DNA of 64,000 nt from an uncultured cyanobacterium (lineage in GTDB: Bacteria; Cyanobacteriota; Cyanobacteriia; Cyanobacteriales; CAWCAG01): contig CAWCAG010000005.1 of the NCBI GenBank assembly GCA_963793425.1, positions 2,016,001 through 2,080,000 on the forward strand, written 5' to 3'. Both the position numbers and the translations under genes were made by a program. This document shows, piece by piece, positions 1 through 8,493 of this stretch; position 1 is the first letter of the stretch, and each line of letters starts with the position of its first letter. The notes beneath the pieces were generated by a model, which made no database searches, was not told the DNA's origin, and saw only the letters and a program-made list of their open reading frames with translations.

Positions 1-1535
1 TGCCAAGCGAAGCGAAATTCATAAATAGCTGAACATAAAGTATTCGCTAATTCTAAAGCTTTTTCAAGGGGGCATTGATGTAATAAAACTCCGAATTCAT
101 CCCCTCCCAGGCGTGCCAGAGTATCACTTTTACGTACCTTACTTTGCAACAAAACAGTAACTTGTCGCAACAGCTCATCCCCAGCCGCATGACCACAAGT
201 ATCATTAACAATTTTGAAGCGATCTAAGTCTAAATAACAAAGAGCGTGTTGATAATTTTTTATGTTGGCATCTTGTAAAGCAACTTCAACCCGGCGACTA
301 AATTCCCGGCGATTAACTAAACCAGTTAAGGCATCGTGGTTAGCTTGCCAAGACATTTGTTTTGCCATATTGCGCTCTTCTGTGATATCAATAAATACCA
401 CCACAGCCCCCACAATTTCACCATCCCTGGCTCGAATAGGGGCGCTAGAATCATCTATGGCAAATTCCTGCCCTTGGCGAGAAACTAAAACTAGGTGATG
501 GTCAGAGTTAACTACTCTTCCTTCTTTAATGGCAATTTCAGCGGGGTTAGCAGCAGGTTGGCGCGTGGTTTCCTCAAAAATGTGACATACTTCCCTCATC
601 AATTTGCCTTTAGCTTCCTGGAAAGACCAGCCTGTAAGCTTTTGTGCTGCTGGATTAAAAGATTCAATTCTCCCTGCTACATCTGTGGCAATGACAGCAT
701 CCCCAATGGATGTTAAGGTGACTTGAGCAAGTTCTTTTTCTTGGAAAATAGCTTGTTCTAAGGCCTTGCGTTCGGTAATATCAGTTTGGGAACCAGCGAG
801 GCGATAAGCTTTGCCGTGGCTATCCCAAATTGCTTGTCCTCGACAAAGCATCCAACGATAACTTTGATCGTGATGTAGAATGCGATGCTCGTTTTCTAGG
901 TGAGAAGTATCTCCCCTTAAATGATTAACAATGGCGGCTTGTAATTCACCTGAGTCTTGGGGGTGGACACGATTAAACCATTCTTCTGGTTCCTGCCACA
1001 ATTCTTGCTCACTACACCCCAGCATCCTCTTCCAACGGGGAGAAAAGTAGATTTGGTTAGTTTTAAGGTCCCAATCCCAAAGTCCATCCTTAGCACCGCT
1101 TACTGCTAGGGCATATCTTTCTTCGCTGCGTCGTAAGCACTGAAGCATTTGTCCCCGTTCAACAGCGTAACGCAAAGCCCTCATTAAGAAACTGCCCTGA
1201 ATTTCCCCTTTAATTAAATAATCCTGGGCCCCTTCTCTTACTGCTTCTAGGGCGGCTTCTTCATCATTAAGACCGGTTAAGACAACAATAGGGGTTTCTG
1301 GTACAGCTTCATGGGTACGCCGCACTGTTGCTAGTCCCTGTTCATCGGGGAGAGATAAGTCTAATAAAATAATACTAAACTCTTCTTTGGTTAGCTTTTG
1401 TAGGGCTTCTGCAAGGGTTTCGACATGAACCAATTCCCAGTTGACATTGCTTACCTCTTCCAAGTGTTCTTGAAGGAGATCCGCATCAACAAAGTTATCT
1501 TCTACAAGCAGGATTTTTAAGGGTTCTGCAATCAT
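1..1535 (-). CDS. REC-PAS-PAS-GGDEF diguanylate cyclase (runs off the left edge; may continue into an EAL domain)
   Basis: Not in ORF track; translated by hand from ATG 1535: MIAEPLKILLVEDNFVDADLL (receiver), DGLWDWDL...YRWMLCRG (PAS/PAC), SIGDAVIATD (PAS), HDALTGLVNRREF...DLDRFKIVNDTCGHAAGDELL...ARLGGDEF (intact GGDEF). Confidence 0.93.
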   Translation of the reverse strand, partial: MIAEPLKILLVEDNFVDADLLQEHLEEVSNVNWELVHVETLAEALQKLTKEEFSIILLDLSLPDEQGLATVRRTHEAVPETPIVVLTGLNDEEAALEAVREGAQDYLIKGEIQGSFLMRALRYAVERGQMLQCLRRSEERYALAVSGAKDGLWDWDLKTNQIYFSPRWKRMLGCSEQELWQEPEEWFNRVHPQDSGELQAAIVNHLRGDTSHLENEHRILHHDQSYRWMLCRGQAIWDSHGKAYRLAGSQTDITERKALEQAIFQEKELAQVTLTSIGDAVIATDVAGRIESFNPAAQKLTGWSFQEAKGKLMREVCHIFEETTRQPAANPAEIAIKEGRVVNSDHHLVLVSRQGQEFAIDDSSAPIRARDGEIVGAVVVFIDITEERNMAKQMSWQANHDALTGLVNRREFSRRVEVALQDANIKNYQHALCYLDLDRFKIVNDTCGHAAGDELLRQVTVLLQSKVRKSDTLARLGGDEFGVLLHQCPLEKALELANTLCSAIYEFRFAW

Positions 1536-1542
1536 ATCATTT

Positions 1543-1983
1543 TTACTGGGAAGGTAATTTCACTACAGATAACCAAAAATCTTCAATTGAATTCACTACC
1601 TCAATGAAACGCTCTAAGTCAACTGGTTTGGTAATATAGCAGTTGCCATGAAGCCTATAGCTTTTGAGAACATCTTCTTCATCAGCAGAAGTTGTCAGGA
1701 TTACCACAGGAATCGTCCTTAATTCAGGATCATTTTTGATTTCTGCGAGTACTTCATGCCCATTTTTTTTAGGCAGGTTTAGGTCTAGTAGGATAACATC
1801 AGGATGCACCTGATTACTGTATTTTCCCTGACGACGTAGAAATTCTAAAGCTTCGACTCCATCCTCTACTATATGAAGACTATTAACCAGATCGCTCTCA
1901 CTAAAAGCTTCCTTGGTTAAATCAGCATCAGTAGGGGAGTCTTCTACCAGAAGAATTTCCCAAGATTCTTTGGGTATTGGCAT
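1543..1983 (-). CDS. Single-domain response regulator, Rcp1-like
   Basis: [27 protein letters not shown] and the FWLSVVKLP tail typical of the Rcp1 family. Confidence 0.92.
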   Translation of the reverse strand: MPIPKESWEILLVEDSPTDADLTKEAFSESDLVNSLHIVEDGVEALEFLRRQGKYSNQVHPDVILLDLNLPKKNGHEVLAEIKNDPELRTIPVVILTTSADEEDVLKSYRLHGNCYITKPVDLERFIEVVNSIEDFWLSVVKLPSQ

Positions 1984-2006
1984 AAAAGTGTTTTGGTTAA
2001 TTATAA

Positions 2007-3617
2007 TTACATATCTTGCTTAAGAAAAGGAAAAGAAAAGTAAAAAGCGCTACCTTCTCCTAATTTTGAATCTAACCAAATTTTACCTTTATGTCTCTCC
2101 ACAATTTTTTTACAGATAGCTAAACCAATGCCTGTACCGGGATATTTACTACGACTATGGAGGCGCTGAAATATTAAAAAGATGCGTTCGGCGTATTGTG
2201 ATTCGATACCAATACCATGATCTCGGATACAAAAATGCCAAGCTTGAGACTCTTTGGTAGCAAAGACGTGAATGTCAGGGGGTTTGTTGCCACGAAATTT
2301 AAGGGCATTACTAATTAGGTTTTGGAATAGTTGAACTAGTTGAGTTTTATCTCCGGTAATTGTTGGTAAGGTGTCATAGGTTATTTTAGCTTTTGTTTCA
2401 GCGATGGCGACTTTGAGATTAGAGAGGACTTCTTGAACTATATTTTCAGTGGCAACAGGTTGGAAACTTGCTCCTTTTGTCCCTACCCTGGAGTAGTTAA
2501 GCAAATCGTTGACTAGCTGTTGCATTCTTGTGCCACCATCAACAATATTAACAATGTATTTTTCTGCCCTTTCATCTAATTTATCTTTGTATCTTTTGTC
2601 TAATAGTTGAGCATAGCTAGCAACAGCCCTTAAAGGTTCTTGTAAATCGTGGGAAGCTATATAAGCAAACTGTTCTAATTCTTGGTTAGAACGGGCTAAA
2701 TTATTGTTACTTTGTCTGAGGTTTTCTTCTGCTTGTCTACGTTCGGTGATTTCTGCTTGAAGTTCAGCAGTGCGGGTAGAGACTAATTCTTCTAAATGTT
2801 CTTGGTATTGTTGTAAGCGAATTTCCACTTGTTTACGTTCGGTTATATCTATACAACTTCCTAAAATTTGTTTAACTTCACCATGATCATTAAAAGCAAA
2901 AGTTGTATCTCGGCTATAAAGCCAGCGCCATTCTCCACTACGATGAATTGTCCGATATTCAACTTCTAAGCTGTCATCTTTTTTAGTACTGGCTAAGTTT
3001 TGGTGATGTTGATTAAGTTTACTCAGATCATCTGGATGAATTACCTTAGCTAATAATTTGTCTCCCATTTCTTTAATTTCTTGAGGAGAATAACCTAGTA
3101 CATCTCCGATAGCAGAATTACTATAAATATTACGCTTTTCTTCTAAGTCATATATGTAGAGAATAGTGGGGGTGGTATCAGTGATTTGCTTGATTAAATA
3201 CTGACTTTCTTTGAGTTTGGCTTCTACTTCTTCTCGCTCACGAATTTCTTGCTCAAGTTCACTCCAGCTTGGTAAAGATAAAGCTGAGGGAATTAATTTG
3301 ATTAAAACAATAGCTGTGTAAACAGAAACTAAAGCAGTGAAGGCTTTCACCAGACCAGACAACCAATAGTCAGGATGCCAAACTGTCCAAACTTCCATTA
3401 AATGAGTAGTACCGCAAGCCAGAATAAAAGTACTAAATAAAAGAAGTATTCCCTGAAAAGGAGTCTCTTTTCGTTGGCGAATAAAATAAACTAAAAGCAA
3501 GGGAATGGAATAATAAGCTAGGGCAATTAGGAGATCAGAGATAACATGCAAGCTAACAAGATTAGTTTGCCAAAGGTAGCAGTGTCCGTGGGGAACATAG
3601 AAATTAAGCAGAAGCAT
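2007..3617 (-). CDS. Sensor histidine kinase with N-terminal ETR1-like ethylene-binding membrane domain, PAS and Cph1-type HisKA/HATPase
   Basis: [13 protein letters not shown]...[10 protein letters not shown]...[10 protein letters not shown]-box [15 protein letters not shown]-boxes DHGIGI and [14 protein letters not shown]. Confidence 0.9.
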   Translation of the reverse strand: MLLLNFYVPHGHCYLWQTNLVSLHVISDLLIALAYYSIPLLLVYFIRQRKETPFQGILLLFSTFILACGTTHLMEVWTVWHPDYWLSGLVKAFTALVSVYTAIVLIKLIPSALSLPSWSELEQEIREREEVEAKLKESQYLIKQITDTTPTILYIYDLEEKRNIYSNSAIGDVLGYSPQEIKEMGDKLLAKVIHPDDLSKLNQHHQNLASTKKDDSLEVEYRTIHRSGEWRWLYSRDTTFAFNDHGEVKQILGSCIDITERKQVEIRLQQYQEHLEELVSTRTAELQAEITERRQAEENLRQSNNNLARSNQELEQFAYIASHDLQEPLRAVASYAQLLDKRYKDKLDERAEKYIVNIVDGGTRMQQLVNDLLNYSRVGTKGASFQPVATENIVQEVLSNLKVAIAETKAKITYDTLPTITGDKTQLVQLFQNLISNALKFRGNKPPDIHVFATKESQAWHFCIRDHGIGIESQYAERIFLIFQRLHSRSKYPGTGIGLAICKKIVERHKGKIWLDSKLGEGSAFYFSFPFLKQDM

Positions 3618-3856
3618 ATAGTTTTGGTTATTGCTGGTTAGTTATTGATGGTAAAGAGAAATAGAAAGAACTTTTTAATTGTTGATTGATTTTGGTTAAC
3701 TCTTCTGTAGGATTAGTAACCAATCTTTCTCAGACTTCATGGTTTTGTTGCTATGTTGAAAGGCAAGCACAGAACGAAACACTTCAGTTTGAATTTGTTG
3801 GTAAAATAATCATCTAAGAATATTAAAAATATTTATTGCTCAAAACTAAAAACCTG

Positions 3857-5026
3857 ATGAATCATCTTAAATCTTCTTTAAGCCCAAGCCTAGCCCCATC
3901 CGTTGATACTATCCTCGAAAAAGCTTTAGGAGGTGAGGATATATCTCCTGAAGCTGGATTATTTTTACTGCAACAACAAGAACCAGCAATATGGGCAAAA
4001 ATTCGCACCACAGCAGATATTCTTCGGCAACAGCAAGCAGGAGAAATAGTCACATACATTATCAATCGCAACATCAACTTTACTAATATCTGTGAACAAC
4101 ATTGTAGCTTCTGTGCCTTTCGCAGAGATGAAGGAGAAGAAGGGGCTTTTTGGTTAGATCAAGAACAAATCCTCACCAAAACTGCTGAGGCAGTAGGGAG
4201 GAAGGCAACAGAGATATGTATGCAAGGGGGCTTACACTTAGGGGCGAAACTTAACGGTGCTTCTTTACCTTACTATCTTCAATTGGTAGAAACGATTAAA
4301 AATAACTTTCCTCAACTACATCTTCATGGCTTTTCTCCCCAAGAAGTACAATTCATCGCCAGGGAAGATCACTTAAGTTACGAAGAAGTAATTACCGCAT
4401 TGCAAAAAGCGGGACTTGGTTCAATGCCAGGGACTGCAGCAGAAGTATTAGATGATGAAGTGCGGCGTATTCTTTGTCCAGAAAAAATTGATACGGCTAC
4501 TTGGTTAGAAATTGTCACCACTGCCCACCGCTTAGGAATGCCTACCACCAGCACCATGCTTGCAGGGCATATTGAAACACCCCAACAGCAAATTACTCAT
4601 TTAACTAAACTGCGATCGCTACAACAAACTGCGGTTAACCAAGGTTATCCTGCTCGTATAAGCGAGTTTATCATCTTACCCTTTGTCGGACAAGAAGCCC
4701 CTAAACCACTACAACACCGTGTAGGTAGGGATCAACCTATTCTTCAAGATAACCTACATTTAACAGCCGTAGCTCGTATCTTTTTGGGCAACTGGATACC
4801 CAACCACCAGCCAAGTTGGGTGAAATTAGGTTTGCAAGGTGCAACAGAAGCCTTGCAATGGGGTTGCAATGACATCGGCGGGACTTTAATGGAAGAGCAT
4901 ATCACAACGATGGCTGGAGCAAAAGGAGGAACCTGCATGGAAGTTGATCAATTGCAAGCAGCCATCACTTCAATAAATCGCCCCCATTGTGAAAGAACAA
5001 CTTTGTATCAATTTGTGACGAGCTAG
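3857..5026 (+). CDS. cofH: FO (8-hydroxy-5-deazaflavin) synthase subunit 2, radical SAM
   Basis: [19 protein letters not shown] (CX3CX2C), [24 protein letters not shown]; alternative start at TTG 3836. Confidence 0.9.
   Translation: MNHLKSSLSPSLAPSVDTILEKALGGEDISPEAGLFLLQQQEPAIWAKIRTTADILRQQQAGEIVTYIINRNINFTNICEQHCSFCAFRRDEGEEGAFWLDQEQILTKTAEAVGRKATEICMQGGLHLGAKLNGASLPYYLQLVETIKNNFPQLHLHGFSPQEVQFIAREDHLSYEEVITALQKAGLGSMPGTAAEVLDDEVRRILCPEKIDTATWLEIVTTAHRLGMPTTSTMLAGHIETPQQQITHLTKLRSLQQTAVNQGYPARISEFIILPFVGQEAPKPLQHRVGRDQPILQDNLHLTAVARIFLGNWIPNHQPSWVKLGLQGATEALQWGCNDIGGTLMEEHITTMAGAKGGTCMEVDQLQAAITSINRPHCERTTLYQFVTS
4612..4619. repeat. HIP1 octamer GCGATCGC (representative copy; recurs throughout the window)
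   Basis: Also at e.g. 10708 and 14390; hallmark of cyanobacterial genomes. Confidence 0.9.
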
Positions 5027-5088
5027 GGAGCTAGGGAGCTGGGGAGAAAACTATTAGCAACTAACCATTAGCAACTAGCCACTAGCCA
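5024..5088. repeat. Short tandem repeats (GGGAGCT(A/G)- and TAGCAAC-type)
   Basis: ctagggagctagggagctggggag followed by ttagcaactaaccattagcaactagccactagcc. Confidence 0.7.
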
Positions 5089-5193
5089 TGATCAATTATT
5101 AAAATTTCCCCCATAACAAATAAACCACTGCTATAATCCCCAGATTGGGTGGGCAATGCCTACAGGCTAAAATTGATAAATAGTAAACGATAA

Positions 5194-6444
5194 ATGATAA
5201 ATGATCTAGAGTGGCAGCAAATTAGTGGGGGTGTCACAGCCCCTAGGGGTTATCAAGCAGCAGGAATTGCAGCAGGGCTTAAACCATCAGGAGCAGAAGA
5301 CTTAGCTTTGATAGTTTCAGAAACCGAGGCGATCGCCGCTGGAGTTTTCACTACCACAGAAGTTAGGGCTGCTTGTGTAGATTATTGTCGCCGACGTTTG
5401 CAAAAAAAAGCTAGTGCCAAAGCAATTTTGTGTAACGCAGGGCAAGCTAATGCTGCTACGGGAGAACAAGGTTGGCAGGATGCAGCCGAAACGGCGGAAC
5501 TTTTAGCCAAGGAGTTGAAAATCTCCCCCGACGCTATCCTCCTCGCTTCCACCGGAGTAATTGGGCAGCGCATGGCTATGGATGCTTTTCGGGCGGGTAT
5601 ACCGAAATTAGTTGCGGCGGCTTCTTCTGATGGGGGAGAGGCGGCAGCTAAAGCTATTGTTACCACAGATTTAGTTACCAAGTCCATTGCCTTAGAAACT
5701 ACCATCGGCGATCGCCCGGTGAGGATAGGAGGTATTTCTAAAGGCTCAGGGATGATTCATCCTAACATGGCAACCATGCTAGCTTTTGTTACCTGTGATG
5801 CCACTGTTTCTACTTCTCTTTGGCAGGAAATGTTAGCCAGGGCAGCAGATAAAAGTTTTAATCAAATCACAGTAGACGGCGATACTAGCACCAATGATAC
5901 CCTCATTGCCTTAGCTAATGGACAGTCTCGCACTGCGGCCATTACGGAAATGGGAGCAAATGCCCAGAAATTGGAAGCAATGTTAACAGCAGTTTGTCAA
6001 CACTTAGCCAAGGCGATCGCACGAGATGGAGAAGGGGCAACTTGTTTAATTGAGGCGCGGGTTTCTGGAGCAGAGGATGATCATGCCGCCCGTCAAGTTG
6101 CTAGAACTATTGTTGGTTCATCTTTGGTTAAATCAGCCATTTTTGGCCGCGATCCTAACTGGGGGAGAATTGCAGCAGCGGCTGGCAGGGCAGGAGTTAC
6201 CTTTAAGCAAGAAAATCTCAAAATACAATTAGGAGATATTTTGTTAATGGAATATGGACAGCCTTTACCCTTTGACAGAGAAGCTGCAAGTAATTATCTA
6301 CGACAAACTGCCGAGGGAAAATACTTGCAGGAAGATACAGTCTTCATTTCTGTATCATTGGGTAATGGTTCGGGTGAAGGAGTAGCTTGGGGCTGTGATT
6401 TAAGCTACGACTACGTGAAGATTAATGCAGAATATACAACTTGA
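5194..6444 (+). CDS. argJ: Bifunctional ornithine acetyltransferase / N-acetylglutamate synthase
   Basis: NAGQANAATG, KGSGMIHPNMATML, VDGDTSTND, DGEGAT, WGCDLSYDYVKINAEY. Confidence 0.97.
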   Translation: MINDLEWQQISGGVTAPRGYQAAGIAAGLKPSGAEDLALIVSETEAIAAGVFTTTEVRAACVDYCRRRLQKKASAKAILCNAGQANAATGEQGWQDAAETAELLAKELKISPDAILLASTGVIGQRMAMDAFRAGIPKLVAAASSDGGEAAAKAIVTTDLVTKSIALETTIGDRPVRIGGISKGSGMIHPNMATMLAFVTCDATVSTSLWQEMLARAADKSFNQITVDGDTSTNDTLIALANGQSRTAAITEMGANAQKLEAMLTAVCQHLAKAIARDGEGATCLIEARVSGAEDDHAARQVARTIVGSSLVKSAIFGRDPNWGRIAAAAGRAGVTFKQENLKIQLGDILLMEYGQPLPFDREAASNYLRQTAEGKYLQEDTVFISVSLGNGSGEGVAWGCDLSYDYVKINAEYTT

Positions 6445-6565
6445 AATATAGGGAGATGGGGGAATTTTTAATAATGGCTAGTTGCTAGTTGCTAATTGTT
6501 GTTGGCAGGGAATAGTATTATTACTCTACCTCCCTAGCCCCCCAGCTCCCCAACTCCCCATCTCC

Positions 6566-6721
6566 TTACCAATCCCTCCTATCTGTTGAACCATGGAAAG
6601 GTTCACCGGAAAAAGGTTGTACTCCAATAACAGGATAATAATCATCACTAGGAGAAAATATTCTCGCTATTGCTTCTGAGAGGAATTGACCAACGCTATC
6701 CAATAACTGATAAACTTTCAT
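6566..6721 (-). CDS. atpT: 51-aa small protein, probably ATP synthase inhibitor AtpTheta (Norf1 family)
   Basis: Below the ORF-track cutoff: MKVYQLLDSVGQFLSEAIARIFSPSDDYYPVIGVQPFSGEPFHGSTDRRDW; GAGG RBS upstream; EAxARIFxPxDDxYPxxGVQPF motif recognised from memory. Confidence 0.72.
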   Translation of the reverse strand: MKVYQLLDSVGQFLSEAIARIFSPSDDYYPVIGVQPFSGEPFHGSTDRRDW

Positions 6722-6951
6722 AGGAATTGCCTCATTCTGAATCGTAAAATAGCAACTGTCTTCAACAACAAACTTAAGAGAGTTGGTGATAAAATATCTA
6801 ACAGTTTTGAATTTTGCTATTTCTTCTATTGTTAGCAGAGAATCTTCCTTAAGAGTCTACCTGAATTCAGTTTCGCAATACTAATTTGAAAGTCTTATTA
6901 CTAATTACTTATTATTAACAATTGTTGGTTTTTCTTGAGGAAAATATATAG

Positions 6952-7079
6952 TATAGAAATTCCCATACTGCTGAGGTACATTTAGTCTATTTCTATATTT
7001 CCACTCTTCTACGCTTCTACTAGCAAAAGCGCAAAAACCCGCATCTAGATTGTACCTCACGCTTACTAAAATTGCTATA
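6952..7079. repeat. 128-bp element with bipartite 29-bp inverted ends (MITE-like or paired recombination-site-like)
   Basis: TATAGAAAT-N11-TGAGGTACA ... TGTACCTCA-N11-ATTGCTATA. Confidence 0.6.
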
Positions 7080-7533
7080 TTTTTTTGTTAAGCTTGAAGA
7101 GGCAAAAAAAGTCTTTCAGTTCACATTAGATTGAGTGAACACCAGTAGTATATATACTGGGTTGATCAAGAGGGGCTACAGCAAGCTGGTAATATTACCA
7201 GCCATGATTAATGCTTGAATTTAGACCAAATACTTTGAGCGATCGCAGTGAAATCTCTCCTTTTAGTTAATTAGCTTTGTACTAATTAACTTAGACAGGA
7301 AAAGCAATTGATGACATTGTGCATAACCAAATAAATTAACAACTAGAGGCTCATCAATAACCTCCATTTCGCGATTTCAACTCCTTTGATATAAATGCCA
7401 GTTTGTGAATTTAGCCAAAATGCTTGAAAAGCACCAGGATGATAGTTTCAAAAATAGTTTCAAAATTAACCAAAATCACGGATGTAATAACAAATCTTTG
7501 ATGAAGACAATAGGAGAATAGCTGAGTCGAGCT

Positions 7534-8085
7534 ATGACTGTACCACCGGAACCGATTATGAGCCAAACAATCGCCTTAGCGAGGCCAGGAGTGAAAGCAT
7601 GGAATGAGGCAAAAAAGCTTGATTCTCAACGAAACCTTAACTTTATCGGAGCCAATTTAATCAAAGCTGACTTAAGAGAAGCAAACCTCCAAAGAGCAAA
7701 ATTTGCTGGTGCTAACCTCACAGAAGCAAACCTAATTGGTGCAGACTTAAGAGAGGCCGATTTAACAGGAGCTAATTTATCTTTAGCAACTCTCAAAGGC
7801 ACTCGTTTAAAAAGAGCGGATTTAAAAGCAGCTAATCTCATTGAAGCAAACTTATTAGGCGCTCATTTACGGGAAGCAAACTTAATTGGTGCAAACCTTA
7901 GCCAGGCAAGCCTTATTGGTGCAGATTTCATGGGGGCAGATTTGCGAGGGGCCAATTTATTGGGAGTTAACCTTACAGCATCTCAATTTAGAAATGCTAG
8001 GTTCAAAATGAATCACGGCATTTCTGAACCCATGAAGCGAAAGTTGCTGCAACTAGGAGCTATTTTTGAAGATATCCATAGTTAA
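7534..8085 (+). CDS. Pentapeptide repeat protein
   Basis: Continuous A(N/D)Lxx repeats. Confidence 0.93.
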   Translation: MTVPPEPIMSQTIALARPGVKAWNEAKKLDSQRNLNFIGANLIKADLREANLQRAKFAGANLTEANLIGADLREADLTGANLSLATLKGTRLKRADLKAANLIEANLLGAHLREANLIGANLSQASLIGADFMGADLRGANLLGVNLTASQFRNARFKMNHGISEPMKRKLLQLGAIFEDIHS

Positions 8086-8228
8086 TAGTTAGATATGGTT
8101 GTTATGCAGATAATCAAAATCTTTATTATTTCTCAGGTTATAGTTGCCTCTACAAATATGGTTCAAATTTTGAACTAAGAGTGACTATCAACAAAGTATT
8201 CCTAATTTACCAAAACCACAATACTTTT

Positions 8229-8255
8229 ATAGGGACACATTGTGTCCCTATTTTA
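8229..8255 (+). terminator. Palindrome plus T-run (terminator or REP-like)
   Basis: atagggacaca-t-tgtgtccctat-ttt downstream of the pentapeptide gene. Confidence 0.5.
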
Positions 8256-8493
8256 ATGTTTGTTTTTGAAAGTAAAAAGCCTTCCTGCAAAGCCAAAATT
8301 CTCGTGCATTGACATCTAAAGCAGCATCGGCTGCAATCTCTTTTAAAGCAACTAATTCCTTTTCCCCTTTTGATAAATCATTTTCACCTAAGCTATGGCA
8401 AGGGCGAAGTGCTAAACTTCTTGAAGATATTCAAACTGGGGTTCAGGTTAAAGAAGTAATGTTTAATGATAAATGATCAATGTTTAATGACCG

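Noticed and set aside
262..716. Two plus-strand ORFs (78 and 73 aa)
   Set aside because: Antisense shadows of the GGDEF gene. The same applies to the other short ORFs nested in or opposite well-supported genes (e.g. 5382-5705, 8977-9312, 54514-54903, 63738-63920).
3857..5026. cofH without adjacent cofG, and ccmK3/K4 away from the main ccm operon
   Set aside because: Both dispersed arrangements are ordinary in cyanobacteria.
8229..8430. Open minus-strand frame of about 60 codons (…ENDLSKGEKELVALKEIAADAALDV…)
   Set aside because: No start codon or RBS and no recognisable motif; it may be a gene remnant but cannot be supported.
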